Positions 9,201 through 17,778 of a DNA stretch of 64,000 nt are shown in pieces (the first letter of the stretch is position 1; every line of letters begins with the position of its first letter). The notes beneath the pieces are model-generated. The model ran no database searches. It had not been told where the DNA came from and worked only from the letters and a program-made list of their open reading frames with translations. Source of the DNA: a virus (Duplodnaviria; Caudoviricetes); IMG/VR virus record IMGVR_UViG_3300013713_000001, positions 1 through 64,000 of that record. One strand, written 5' to 3'. The position numbers and the translations under genes are program-made.

Positions 9201-11393
9201 GGTCTTATCACAAGTATCTGGTACGTTCGGGCGTCGCCCTTCAAAGGGACAAAGTCGCCTGACCGTTCGGAGAAAGTGGACCGTATGCTGCAGCTCTTGA
9301 GCGAGGCTTCGATTACAGCTCGTTTGAAAGACCCTGAGATGGAAGCCGGTAAGACAAACGCTCAGACCTGGGCCAACGCGATCAGTCCTCACAAGACTGG
9401 CGGAGGGTTCACCCCTCAGTTTGCCAACACCCAGGACGCCTCTACCTTCAAGACCCCAGCAGATGCTTTGCGGGGTGGTCAGTACAGTACCTCAGGTGCA
9501 CCAGCCGGGACGACGTTTGGTCCCAACGGTGTATTCAAGACCCCTGAGAACAAGTTTGGGTTCCAGCCCATGACCGGTGATAGCAGTACGGATCACCTCG
9601 ACATGACTGGCGTCCAGGCACAGCAAGGCAAAGACAGTGGTGTCTCTGTTCCGCCGAAATTGGCTGAGCAGTTGATCATTCGTGAAATGATGAAGCAGGG
9701 CTTTACGGATCCGCGAGCAATCGCTGAGATGTTGGCACTGACGAACTACGAAACGGGTGGTTACAAGAAGACTGTTGAGAACATGAAGTACACTTCTCCT
9801 GAACAGCTGATGAAAGTGTTCAAGGAAGTGCGCTCCATTGATCAAGCCAAGCAACTGATCTCGATGGGTGAGGTGGCGATTGCCAATACCGTGTACGGTG
9901 GTGGTAAGGGCGCTTCCCTTGGTAACAAGGATCCAGGTGACGGTTACCGTTATCGGGGTCGAGGGATGGTGCAGCTTACTGGTAAGGACAACTACGCACG
10001 GTACGGTAAAGAACTTGGGATTGACCTCGTTAACAACCCTGAGCTGTTGAGTAACGACCCTAACGTCATGGCGCAAGTGGCCGTCGCCTTCTTCAAGAAC
10101 TCCAAGCTGTTGAGGGGGATCTCTGAAGACGGTGACTTCGGTAAAGCAGCCGCTGGCTTGAACGGAGGCAACACGCTCCCGGATATGCAGAAGCGGTATG
10201 GCTTGTACATGAGCTATCTGAAGCAGATCCAGGATGGAACCTTGGGTGCGGATGATAAGTTCTTGACCGAGAACTCGGGCAGTCAGACCCCTAGCCAGAT
10301 GTACGGAGGGACGTCGCCGTCAAACATGCAGACTCCACCGAACTACAATTCGGGTAGCATGCCAAGCGGTGGGATTCCAACGGGTGGTGGGACTGGCGGT
10401 GGTGGCGGTGCGTATTCTGGAGCCCCGGTTGATACAACGGGCGGGTTCGCTAACTACGGAACTCCAGGAAACTACACGAACACCGGTGCGGGCAGCGGCT
10501 TGATTCTTAAGTCGGAAGAAACTACCGGGGGTGGCGCTCATCATCCTGGTCTCGAGGCGCTGTGCAAGATTATCCAGGCAAGGATCCCTGGGTTCAATCG
10601 CTTCACTGCACTAAACGATCGGTACCACGTCCGGATGGGGTCTAAAGGACTGCACCCTAAAGGACTGGCTGCAGATTTCACCTTGACCATGGGTGCGCAG
10701 GGTAGTCAACGTGCAACCGCAATGGTGATCGAGATCATGCGGGGCGCTGGGCTGTCGCCTTCGGAGTATTCGGTGATTAACGAGTACGTAACGAAGACGG
10801 CCATTGGGACCGGGGGTCACATCCACGCTGGGTTTAAAACACCTGGGGCTGCAGAGAAGTTCTTGCAAGCCAGTGGCGGTGCTCAGGCAAACGGAGAAGA
10901 TACAACCGCAGGTTCTGGTGGATTGGTACAACCTACACCACAACCGCAAACTCCAGATGCCAGTGGTCCTGATGCAGGGGCGACTCCAGCACAACCGGCG
11001 CCAATACCAAGAACCATGCCAGCTCCTCCTCCTCCACCGGTCGGCGCGCCTCAGGCTCCAGATGGGGTGGGTGAACCGGATGACGAGTTCCTCGGCAAAC
11101 CTAACTTCACGCAACTCCCTCTACCAAAAGAACCACCTGCGCCACGGACTCAACCGCTTCCAGAGGGTTACGAGGCCAACAAGCGTCGGATGGCTCAAGA
11201 GGCTAGCCAAGGTGACAACAGCGCGCTTAACGACGTGTTGCTTGGCTTGAAAGAGATGATGGGTAAGAATGCCGATAAAGACGAGAAGATTACTCAGTTG
11301 CTGGCTTTGCTGGTGAAGGAAGCACAGACGGGTAATGAGATCGCCAAGAACTCGGGAAGTGACAGGGGAGACAATCTTGTTTCCATGCGTTAG
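3288..11393 (+). CDS. Giant tail-associated lytic / tape-measure-like protein (phiKZ gp181-like) with C-terminal GH19 and M15-like peptidase domains
   Basis: 2701 aa, divergent from the vRNAP genes as in phiKZ. Repeated D(L/V)Y.EG.D.P...W..ITGAV.D units. GH19 motifs NYETGG and GDGYRYRGRGMVQLTGKDNY. M15-like LHPKGLAADF...GGHIHAG. Pro-rich tail. Confidence 0.9.
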   Translation: MAEDVDFDWGDDPFAGDIDFDSDFDKAEKHGFIRSFATGFLSGIVEKTVGDTDARIDTLKMVLPKTWTRAFNTFDQLNRRRRELTRELQGEIHGSMDDLQYLAKRAGERLQKSFPNKIGEGLIEFSKNDYSSWENTGGTLGETQPGMETVEEGEVNEVLDQAGINSLQERETAVQVGTEITGMMAEVGGRTIGGLNVINQQLSRSNVLLEGILDYQRKVQARNDAMRLTLAARSYLTDSKYYKFQEVANHRIIRELKQIALNSAKSDYEKTTHSQAVRKSIRESVFNTVKGQFGGIADYFSERFGKSARGEAVSSVGDIAGSLRMALEMTDGMEFNLGSMMGNAAAGMFISSLPRLLRSGKAKEALEKLKKRFPDAAKKAEDAYIRLEDLGNVTSYATANFEGMANTLADFNRGSFDYDEDMTYEDYLDQFTGQGEPMGKTEWTLKRFARNTLNKGTGAVLDDMYASTATQYNLQRRTLKDNFEIQPWTRRSDRTLNEAIPALLGAIELSLEKIRTGDDTLQARSYDYVRGKLIDHRQKVADAFNRTFEQNSFRNYADMALRTAKQLDPNKELTERAQKALAMEMADQADKKKGFSPYNYMELSHLDPNDAAEIRGLMQRNFGITDELFNEFKEGDHAQREMKLNYLPTEAARELAAKVIDEAIRLGNFAPELAENIDVSQNSGYFDIMREWGMVKSEYGREQLDTDKVKELFRQFIDDPEKRITRAAPEKEPYRRTRSFGNPFPTPSPDTAPIGPKPTPGETGPDVTDKFEETLNALRTSIEEVAVNTRTTMLDGKSSNTGSYIDKLGERVDQSNTRLDTLITLATDRNATLLKLLEARGAPAESKLTEEEANDLKAEKLSILDRLKQTSFKDIFNKGMETIVKHEPLVLGGLLGGLAGLAVYNPKAAAIAGGGFAAAMAYGKLRSLALARSAEDDQDLYEEGSDDPILEAWKLRRKDYADAATGKVIDTWDAITGAVVDLTNNTIINAKRLANKLFTRDNKEVFLRGLSKTRELLVKAFKWFDPMGRIKGMAGKVSTRFYQMDVYVEGEDEPALYGNRFAKGHYFIKDNEGNFVPINGWNEITGAVYDKNGSVLITEDEYDRGLKTSMGLSINKLGKGAQTAKKWGIDLFNKAKDHALPYAKGAYEKGKGQFKADYTPIVNSVDRIYNLLLRHWGYDEEFIPITPVDGPPKPGPFPTPNSDITEPVTQEALDGSEKESEADLIARRELRARRRKTSGPDFVGPLPFRTPDPDGKPVAKEEKSETITPPEDDGVPKPWIFKRDYDAMALRFPHMKEQVEFYRKRYEDRQKENQVESDSKPADTNDPNRLNSLADKKNQAEEKKDENVKDAIISIAENFGYGQKNNEELAKKKPAGLFSLLGGLLGGITTGIGKLTSFFGSKVLLNGLGTLFKFSTFGIRLLPKVATGIGAMSSALLTLIKSGSLGNAASDLLDGLRGGEGGNPGRNDRRRRRRQRNSTGRSLAGGLGKVGLGLAVSTGANAMMDSGIIDKDSGMGQALDYAGDAATLWGGAQMALAGLKHFGIGRGIGGKLGGLKNLVGTGLRSLPSLLLSPVGLAAGVVGYQAYKSWGTLQGMIPKQYLIRMTQYGLSDPNGDLSDKLLQIEELLTDYVVIGNGKASLSQQAPIEKVIQILSGSIPDKRTMSDTLSWFNGRFKPVFMTYMACLDVIGVKSLKEYDKLRAGNVYKVAKQTHEAITLLVPFPYTITAKFDPENPILEREATIIRVNNYLAELKTYSETADRLNGVEPVTAVETVKGVSAESLQRERVQLEAQLRDPNTEWKGTNRYQASARLKEVEGEINKLNEAYKAGTVIGDIFVKDMLPDNRPMDMLTAIRIACYGNDENIPWRVEAVLKLERHCEQFFKLSGDTVEFTGQIGDLFAQFKDAFRVDQDYAQAWCLWFKDRFLPVLTNYMTQMNKYRKGRPGVVWKTLSVTARYEIAKALVDSKVEVAPGLITSIWYVRASPFKGTKSPDRSEKVDRMLQLLSEASITARLKDPEMEAGKTNAQTWANAISPHKTGGGFTPQFANTQDASTFKTPADALRGGQYSTSGAPAGTTFGPNGVFKTPENKFGFQPMTGDSSTDHLDMTGVQAQQGKDSGVSVPPKLAEQLIIREMMKQGFTDPRAIAEMLALTNYETGGYKKTVENMKYTSPEQLMKVFKEVRSIDQAKQLISMGEVAIANTVYGGGKGASLGNKDPGDGYRYRGRGMVQLTGKDNYARYGKELGIDLVNNPELLSNDPNVMAQVAVAFFKNSKLLRGISEDGDFGKAAAGLNGGNTLPDMQKRYGLYMSYLKQIQDGTLGADDKFLTENSGSQTPSQMYGGTSPSNMQTPPNYNSGSMPSGGIPTGGGTGGGGGAYSGAPVDTTGGFANYGTPGNYTNTGAGSGLILKSEETTGGGAHHPGLEALCKIIQARIPGFNRFTALNDRYHVRMGSKGLHPKGLAADFTLTMGAQGSQRATAMVIEIMRGAGLSPSEYSVINEYVTKTAIGTGGHIHAGFKTPGAAEKFLQASGGAQANGEDTTAGSGGLVQPTPQPQTPDASGPDAGATPAQPAPIPRTMPAPPPPPVGAPQAPDGVGEPDDEFLGKPNFTQLPLPKEPPAPRTQPLPEGYEANKRRMAQEASQGDNSALNDVLLGLKEMMGKNADKDEKITQLLALLVKEAQTGNEIAKNSGSDRGDNLVSMR

Positions 11394-11400
11394 GTAGTAG

Positions 11401-11420
11401 GAGGGGAGGTGACTCCCCTC
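11401..11420 (+). terminator. Stem-loop followed by a pyrimidine tract after the gp181-like gene
   Basis: GAGGGGAG-GTGA-CTCCCCTC then TTCTCTTTTCTTT. Confidence 0.7.
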
Positions 11421-11448
11421 TTCTCTTTTCTTTGTGAAGGGTTTCTTT

Positions 11449-13617
11449 ATGGCAAGGGTAAGTGCGAGAGACCGAGATATTGTCACGAAGTCTTTCAGGT
11501 TGTTGACCGGTGGGACTCAACCCACACAGGTCCTAGAGATTTTGGATTGGGATAAGTACTTTAACGTTTTCAGTAGCGCCATGGGGGACAACCGTTACTT
11601 CAACCCCATCGCTCAGTGGGATCCCGGTACGGATCCTCGCTACGGCCGCTTGATGGTCAGTGAAGAAGGTTCCTTTGGTGGGATGTACAAAGAGATCTAC
11701 GAGAACAACGTTACCACGGTAACAATCACTCCGTGTACTGCACAGTTTGCGGGTGTCTTGAGTTTTGTAACAAACATGTTTTCGCCGACTGCTGCAATCA
11801 TTGCCAACAAAGGTCGTGCTCCAGGTCCTGCCTACTACATGGGTCAGGCACTTGGTTCGATTGCTTTCTGGCCAATGCAGCTGATCAGCATCAGTACCCA
11901 GTTCCTGGCCTTCCTGGCGGAATCCCCACGGCACCAGTTCTGGACCGCCAAGCCTGCTATGGGCGCATTTACCATGGCGGCCACAGGAGTCTTGCAAGAC
12001 CTCCTGGTAAAGTCGGGTTACATTGAACCTGTGCTGCCCAAGCGGACCCAGGAACAAACCGATCCCTTGCACGGGTTAAAGCCGGACTACAACAACAGTG
12101 CCAGTGTTGCAAGCCTGAACAAGATCGCCCCTGATGTCATTAACAGTGACGGGACGTTCGACCTCATGCGCTTCCTTGGCAAAGGTGCCCGCAAGCACCG
12201 GGTCCTTCTCAGTCGTTTGGCTGAAATGGACAACGACCCAACGATCACCACGGTGGAGCAAAAGCTTAACCGTGCACGTCAGATTCTTGAAGAGGTCACG
12301 TTTGATCAAAGCGTGTTGGCGGGTTCTCCTTCCCAGGATTACGTCGAGAAGGAGATGAACACCGTTGGTAAGTACCGAGGGGATCAGGAGGGCTTGTACG
12401 TTGAACAGGACAGTGCCTACCTTGACCAAAACGCGTACAACAACATCAACAACGCCGAGACCGGCCTTGGTGGTTTAGGGAATTCCCTGGGTGCAGGAGG
12501 GACAGCCTCTCAAACCGGTAACATGAGCATGGATGCGGCTAACCAGCTCAACCTGGGGACCCCTGGGTTCAACCCCAACGAAAGTCAGGGTCGTCCAGGG
12601 ATTACCACGGGTAGTAACGCCAGCGTTGCCAATGGTGAGCAGATCTACTACGAGGACAATCCCAACAACCGGACCTGGATGGGTGACATCTTTGATCTGG
12701 TCAACACAGCGGTGCACGGTGGCATGGACGCCATTACCCTGCGCTGCGAAGGGGGTAACGGTCCTGTCACTGACAGCTTTAGCAGTAGCAGTGCGCCATC
12801 CCCGCTTGCTGATAAGTTCAACAGTGTTGTCAAATCAGCAAACGACTTCCGCTTCGACGTGGCTGGTGGTAACATCGGTAACGCCTTGATCGACGGGATT
12901 ATCAACACGATCAAGGAAGGGGCTATTGGTGCGCTCTCGGGGTCGGTGATCGGAAACATTCCGCTGGCTTTGGCAGGGAATGCTTACGTCAAGATTCCCA
13001 ACCACTGGGCGGAGTCTTCGACCAACCTGCACCGTGAAAGCTACGAGTTCCATTTCCGCTGCAACTACGCTCACCCCTACGAGATCATTACAAAGATCTT
13101 TGTTCCGTTCTCGATCCTTGTCACAATGGTGGCTGGGTTCACCACAGGTGGTTCGACGTACACCACGCCGTTCTACCATCGGGTGTTCTGTAAGTCACGG
13201 CAGATCATGCGCACAGCAATGTGTGAAGGGATGCAGTTCAAGTTTGGTGATGGCCCTGGGGGTTGGACACGGGATCGTAAACCTCTGAACCTGACTGTAA
13301 GTGGGACGTGGGTTGATCTGGAACCACTGGTCACGATTCCTATTGATCGTTCGATCGGGATCTTTGACCTGACCAACCCGTCTGCTGTGGCAAGTACCAT
13401 CCTTAACGATGACAGTCCTTGGAACAACCTGGCCTCTCGTATCTCGGGTATGGACTACCTGGATACCGTCATGAAGTACGCTCGTTTGAACCGTCAGATC
13501 TCCCAAGCTGTTCTGGGGGTTGAGCGGAGCTTCCGTGCAGACAACATTGCGGCTAAGCTGAACGACAGCATTATCGGTGACCTTAGTCGTCTGGCGATTC
13601 GTCCACTGGCACGCTAA
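11449..13617 (+). CDS. Virion structural (tail/baseplate) protein, phiKZ gp182-like
   Basis: About 722 aa directly after the gp181-like gene. ATG 11449 follows an AAGG Shine-Dalgarno. Assignment mostly by gene order. Confidence 0.65.
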   Translation: MARVSARDRDIVTKSFRLLTGGTQPTQVLEILDWDKYFNVFSSAMGDNRYFNPIAQWDPGTDPRYGRLMVSEEGSFGGMYKEIYENNVTTVTITPCTAQFAGVLSFVTNMFSPTAAIIANKGRAPGPAYYMGQALGSIAFWPMQLISISTQFLAFLAESPRHQFWTAKPAMGAFTMAATGVLQDLLVKSGYIEPVLPKRTQEQTDPLHGLKPDYNNSASVASLNKIAPDVINSDGTFDLMRFLGKGARKHRVLLSRLAEMDNDPTITTVEQKLNRARQILEEVTFDQSVLAGSPSQDYVEKEMNTVGKYRGDQEGLYVEQDSAYLDQNAYNNINNAETGLGGLGNSLGAGGTASQTGNMSMDAANQLNLGTPGFNPNESQGRPGITTGSNASVANGEQIYYEDNPNNRTWMGDIFDLVNTAVHGGMDAITLRCEGGNGPVTDSFSSSSAPSPLADKFNSVVKSANDFRFDVAGGNIGNALIDGIINTIKEGAIGALSGSVIGNIPLALAGNAYVKIPNHWAESSTNLHRESYEFHFRCNYAHPYEIITKIFVPFSILVTMVAGFTTGGSTYTTPFYHRVFCKSRQIMRTAMCEGMQFKFGDGPGGWTRDRKPLNLTVSGTWVDLEPLVTIPIDRSIGIFDLTNPSAVASTILNDDSPWNNLASRISGMDYLDTVMKYARLNRQISQAVLGVERSFRADNIAAKLNDSIIGDLSRLAIRPLAR

Positions 13618-13638
13618 AAAAATGCAGTTGCGTAAATA

Positions 13639-13669
13639 CTCCCTACCTCCGGTTGCCGGAGGTAGGGAG
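13639..13669. terminator. Bidirectional hairpin between convergent genes (CCCTAC family)
   Basis: CTCCCTACCTCCGG-TTG-CCGGAGGTAGGGAG, a 14-bp perfect stem. Confidence 0.8.
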
Positions 13670-13683
13670 GTTGTAGAGGTTTA

Positions 13684-14805
13684 TTAGCCCATCAACACAA
13701 TGGGGGGATCAGTGAAAGAACGATCAAGGGTTTCCAGCGCACTTTGTTCCTTGAACAACCCACTGGAGGCCAGCAAGGGAATGTACTCGTTGGACTCCTC
13801 TGCCAAGGTGACTGGACTGAGCAAGGTGACCATGTCTTCACTGATGTTCGAGACCAGCCCAAGGTTGTAGGCTTCCCCAAACTGGGTATCCCGGTACATC
13901 CAACGTTCGCCTGCCACCCGGACAAGAATGGCCAGCAGCTTAGCCCGCAATACAGGGTAGTCTTCGGCAAGCATGTCTGCGTCAAACTTAAAGCCGGTAA
14001 ACAGCTTTTCGATAAAGTCAGGGTACTTGTTCAGCAGGGCGTTCTTGCCCTGTTCATCAAGCATGGTCATGACCACGTCAACACTGGTGATGTCCCCGTT
14101 CTTGATCATGATCCCAATGGCTTCAATAAACGCATCTTGTCGCAAACCTTCATAGGGGTAGTTGTCCCAGAGGTTTTTGTAAACGTCGCTCATGCCAAAG
14201 ATCGAGCTGTTGTAGATGACTGAGTTGTAGAGGGAGGTCTTTAACGAGACGTCTACAAAGTCATCCAGTCCTGCGTAGTCCGCCAAGGTCCCCAGAAGGT
14301 TCTCGCCTACTTGACCGCGCCAGTTACCGTTAACCCGGAACTTCTCACCGTCTACTGTCAAGAGCTGGTCGATGTTCAGACCGGTCAGCCGATTGAACTC
14401 TTTGTTCAACCCACTGGCCAGCTTTCGCATCGCACCCTTTTCGCTGTTGACCGGATACCCCAACTTGGTACTGACCGCAGAAAGGATGTTGTCGGTATCA
14501 AATACCACACCGTCCCGACCGACCTTGATCGCCTTGGTGATGTCACGGGTGTTCAGCAGTCCCCCAGAGATGGCGCCGATTACCCCATCGAGCTGTTCGA
14601 TGTACAAGCCGCGGTAATTGGTGATCCGGTCTTTCAGGGTGGTGTCTTGTGGATTGACCAGTGCAACACCTTCGGCCAATCGCTCGGTGGTGGTGTTGAT
14701 GGGGGTCAGGGTATCACTACGGACGTTTTTCAGGGAACGGTCCGTGCTATTCTTAAATGCCTGTACCTCTTTACTTAAGTCGAAGCCACTCAATAGACCG
14801 GCCAT
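13684..14805 (-). CDS. Conserved jumbo-phage protein, probably virion structural
   Basis: About 373-aa ORF; ATG 14805 after GGAGA; hairpins on both sides. Confidence 0.6.
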   Translation of the reverse strand: MAGLLSGFDLSKEVQAFKNSTDRSLKNVRSDTLTPINTTTERLAEGVALVNPQDTTLKDRITNYRGLYIEQLDGVIGAISGGLLNTRDITKAIKVGRDGVVFDTDNILSAVSTKLGYPVNSEKGAMRKLASGLNKEFNRLTGLNIDQLLTVDGEKFRVNGNWRGQVGENLLGTLADYAGLDDFVDVSLKTSLYNSVIYNSSIFGMSDVYKNLWDNYPYEGLRQDAFIEAIGIMIKNGDITSVDVVMTMLDEQGKNALLNKYPDFIEKLFTGFKFDADMLAEDYPVLRAKLLAILVRVAGERWMYRDTQFGEAYNLGLVSNISEDMVTLLSPVTLAEESNEYIPLLASSGLFKEQSALETLDRSFTDPPIVLMG

Positions 14806-14838
14806 AACCAAATTCTCCGAAAAAAAAAAGACAGCCTA

Positions 14839-14864
14839 GAGTAGCTGGGGCGACCCAGCTACTC
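14839..14864 (-). terminator. Intrinsic terminator for the 15906-14872 operon
   Basis: GAGTAGCTGGG-GCGA-CCCAGCTACTC, with an A-run at 14820-14829 (a T-run on the minus strand). Confidence 0.75.
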
Positions 14865-14871
14865 CGTGTTG

Positions 14872-15324
14872 CTATTCTGGGTTGTCAGTGGGAGGGGATG
14901 GGTCTTTTTCCAGCGGAGCTTTCATCTGCTCTTTACTCAAGAGTCGGACGATATCTTCCGCCACATAGACTTTACCATCTTCGTCTGTAGCTTCAATAGT
15001 GATCTTAACTGAACGCATCCGTACAATTGTTAGACCTTCTAACAACTTACTGAACGTCAGCCCCGGTTTTTGAAAGTAGGTTTCTTTAATGTTTCCCGTC
15101 TTGGTCAATCGATCAGACTTGGCTTTAACGGGGTCCTGTTCATCAATTACCCTGTCGAGGTAATCCCGGAGGTAGCGCACCCATTTCTGAGGGTCCATCT
15201 CCAGCTTGCGTAAAATTTTACGGAAAAGTATCGCCGGTGTGTCTCGTAGCAGATCGTCGGGTACGAACTTATGAGAAATGCTGCTCAGCTCTCTTGACCG
15301 TAGCTTGCGTTCTCCTTTGTCCAT
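14872..15324 (-). CDS. Conserved phiKZ-like hypothetical protein
   Basis: 150 aa; LFRKIL...W..YL...GNIKE...TFSK pattern recalled from small conserved phiKZ-group proteins; abuts the upstream stop codon. Confidence 0.65.
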   Translation of the reverse strand: MDKGERKLRSRELSSISHKFVPDDLLRDTPAILFRKILRKLEMDPQKWVRYLRDYLDRVIDEQDPVKAKSDRLTKTGNIKETYFQKPGLTFSKLLEGLTIVRMRSVKITIEATDEDGKVYVAEDIVRLLSKEQMKAPLEKDPSPPTDNPE

Positions 15325-15906
15325 CTAGCCTCCAGTACGTTCTTCGAGCACCGTTGTCAAAACGTGGATAAGGTCCATGATCAACAGTTTCAACCAGCGA
15401 CTGCTCATCAATTTGGCCAGCGTTTCGTTGCTCTCAGGAACTATCAAAGTTTCATAACCTTCACACTTGTACTGCACACATACCAAGCCCAACAGTCCAA
15501 TCATCTGGTCGACGTATTTCTCCACGGATTCTTCGTTGCTGTACCAGTCCAGGAAAGAAACCTCCCGAGACGAGGCGTAAAGCGAGAAGTAGGCATCAAG
15601 GTTGACGAACTCATTTCCATACACCCGCTCCAGGTACTCTGTAACCGTCCTAGAGCTGCGTGTATGGATAACCAGTCCGTAGTTATGGAATTTGTTAGCT
15701 TCGATCCCTAAGGGCCTCTCCAGGTCCTTGAGGCAATCGTATAGATCGCTAACAAGGGTGTCGAATCGATCCAGTACCCCATTAAAGCGGGCCTCAATCG
15801 AACGAAGCTCAACCAGGTAACCCCGGTCGACTTGCAAGCGGATATACTTCCCAATAAAGGGGAGTTTACCCATTATGCCGTATTTCGCCCTACGTGTTTG
15901 ACCCAT
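15325..15906 (-). CDS. Hypothetical protein (early)
   Basis: ORF track gives 15325..15927. ATG 15906 has a GGAG Shine-Dalgarno and lies downstream of the promoter at 15936. Confidence 0.65.
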   Translation of the reverse strand: MGQTRRAKYGIMGKLPFIGKYIRLQVDRGYLVELRSIEARFNGVLDRFDTLVSDLYDCLKDLERPLGIEANKFHNYGLVIHTRSSRTVTEYLERVYGNEFVNLDAYFSLYASSREVSFLDWYSNEESVEKYVDQMIGLLGLVCVQYKCEGYETLIVPESNETLAKLMSSRWLKLLIMDLIHVLTTVLEERTGG

Positions 15907-15935
15907 TGAAACAGTTCTCCTTGTCATCTACCCAA

Positions 15936-15952
15936 GTAATATAGGTTTAAAA
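15936..15952 (-). promoter_or_regulatory. phiKZ-type early (vRNAP) promoter TTTTAAACCTATATTAC
   Basis: Plus strand GTAATATAGGTTTAAAA, identical to the copy at 34720; core matches the phiKZ early consensus TATATTAC. Confidence 0.8.
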
Positions 15953-15956
15953 AGCT

Positions 15957-16472
15957 ATGGACACCCCCGAAAAGGAACAACCCAAAGAAAGAAAGGTAGC
16001 CGATAACAACGATACCGATCGGATGCGAAAGGTTATCGAAGAATTGCGAGAAGCAATGGTCGGGACTGAAGAGGACGTTGACCAAGCTGAAATGGTCAAG
16101 ATGATTCAGAAGAACCGTGCTTTCCTGCTGGAATACGCCATGGGTGCCTACCTCGACAACCCAAAGAATGGCGAGCTCCTCGGCAGCGTTAAATCGATTG
16201 TTGACGCATTGGAACGCAGCATTCGTGATGACCGCAAGGAACGCGCGAAGAAGAAAGAGAAGGAAGACAACGCGATTTCCTTCAACCAGATGATGGACGC
16301 CCTGACAAACATGACAAACGGTACTGTTAAGATGCCGGTGTTTGACTTTGGCGATTATATCCTTGACCCAAGCAAACCGATCCAGGGGGATAAGCCGTTC
16401 TTCAATCCGATCAATGAAAACGAGCTTGATCAAGGTATCCAACAGCTGGACTTTGACGGTAACAAAATCTAG
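15957..16472 (+). CDS. Conserved hypothetical protein
   Basis: 171-aa charged helical ORF, followed by a hairpin. Confidence 0.7.
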   Translation: MDTPEKEQPKERKVADNNDTDRMRKVIEELREAMVGTEEDVDQAEMVKMIQKNRAFLLEYAMGAYLDNPKNGELLGSVKSIVDALERSIRDDRKERAKKKEKEDNAISFNQMMDALTNMTNGTVKMPVFDFGDYILDPSKPIQGDKPFFNPINENELDQGIQQLDFDGNKI

Positions 16473-16494
16473 CAAAAGCAAACATAAGCAGACA

Positions 16495-16524
16495 TAACCA
16501 GGCAGGGGCGACCCTGCCTGGTTA
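16495..16524. terminator. Bidirectional hairpin
   Basis: TAACCAGGCAGGG-GCGA-CCCTGCCTGGTTA, a 13-bp stem between convergent genes. Confidence 0.8.
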
Positions 16525-16534
16525 GTGGAGTCCG

Positions 16535-17308
16535 TTATGCATAGTCGTAGAAAGAGTGGTGAATCGGCATCAGCTTGAACACCGGCGCGAGTTGCAGCGT
16601 CGATGAGAAGATGCGGTCCCCAATCTCCCCCGTGAACTCGTCGGACTCTCTTGCAATGATATCAGGGATAATAAATGTAGTCTCTGGTATCGCAATACTG
16701 CCGACGCTTTTCATAAGTGTTTCACTGTCTTCGGCCATCAAATCGTATTTCAAAACATAATCAAATTGCTTGTAGAACCCAACCTCATGGGTCTCACTGC
16801 GACTGTTAATCGTCTTAACTTCAACCTTTCCACCGAAACGCAGCTGGAGGTGGTCCACCAGCTCTTGGCGCATGGCCTGATCCATCTCGTACGGATAGAT
16901 GTTGACATGCAGGACGATCTTGTTAAACATGATCGGCGTTTCAGTCATGAGCTCCAGGTCAATGATCGTTCGCAGGAAGGCCTGGGTAAACTTCGTCAGG
17001 TAGAACCCAAACTTGAAGTCCGTAATCCCACGGGCCCGGTACCACTCCAGGAAGATACCACGGTTGAGCGAAAGGCCAGGGTATTCAAACCGGTCCATTC
17101 GCCGTTCCTTGTAGTTCTTCTCGATGTGGAGTTCCCACAAACGATCACCTTCGTAACGCAGCTGCTTTACGTATTCCTGGTGAGCGGCATCGCTCAAGCG
17201 GTCGGCGTTGGGATCGATCAAATCCCGTACCAACCACTTCTGGGTGATCCCTCGACGTGTGTCGTAAATGGAATCGATTTCGGTGTAGCACTGAATCACG
17301 CGGTTCAT
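16535..17308 (-). CDS. Conserved phiKZ-like hypothetical protein (gp147-like position)
   Basis: 257 aa; N-terminal YTEIDSIYDTRRG; ATGA-coupled to the upstream gene. Confidence 0.7.
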   Translation of the reverse strand: MNRVIQCYTEIDSIYDTRRGITQKWLVRDLIDPNADRLSDAAHQEYVKQLRYEGDRLWELHIEKNYKERRMDRFEYPGLSLNRGIFLEWYRARGITDFKFGFYLTKFTQAFLRTIIDLELMTETPIMFNKIVLHVNIYPYEMDQAMRQELVDHLQLRFGGKVEVKTINSRSETHEVGFYKQFDYVLKYDLMAEDSETLMKSVGSIAIPETTFIIPDIIARESDEFTGEIGDRIFSSTLQLAPVFKLMPIHHSFYDYA

Positions 17309-17778
17309 GCTTTACCTCCTGCACCTGGCTTCACCGGGACAGGGGGTTCTGCTTCAGCAACAACATCAATGTCATCCAAGTAGACCCGAAACGCCAACGC
17401 GATCTGAACACTGCGCGTGCTGATCTGGTCTTTGTTTCGATTGGCTTCTTTAAAGATGTCCGCGTGCATCCCGCCAGGGGTCTCTTTGAGGGTGTCCCTT
17501 ACGGTAGTCGCTAACAGTACCAATGCCTTCGGGTTATTATCGAGCAGAGTCATCACTTGCAATTGGACATTCAACCAATGTGCGTAAAGTTCTTCATCTC
17601 CCCCGATTATTTGCTCGAACTCGACATAGGCTTCAAGAAACTTCAGCAAGGATTTCTTAGTCGTGTCAACGAGGTAGAAAACCAAGTTGCTGCGTAACGG
17701 GTTTTCAGCCACCATTTTCGCGTAAACTACAGTGATAACACCTTTAAGGTCAACCAGTTTTTCAACAGTCATAATCAA
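17305..17778 (-). CDS. Hypothetical protein
   Basis: 157 aa, overlapping both neighbours by 4 nt. Confidence 0.65.
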   Translation of the reverse strand: MIMTVEKLVDLKGVITVVYAKMVAENPLRSNLVFYLVDTTKKSLLKFLEAYVEFEQIIGGDEELYAHWLNVQLQVMTLLDNNPKALVLLATTVRDTLKETPGGMHADIFKEANRNKDQISTRSVQIALAFRVYLDDIDVVAEAEPPVPVKPGAGGKA

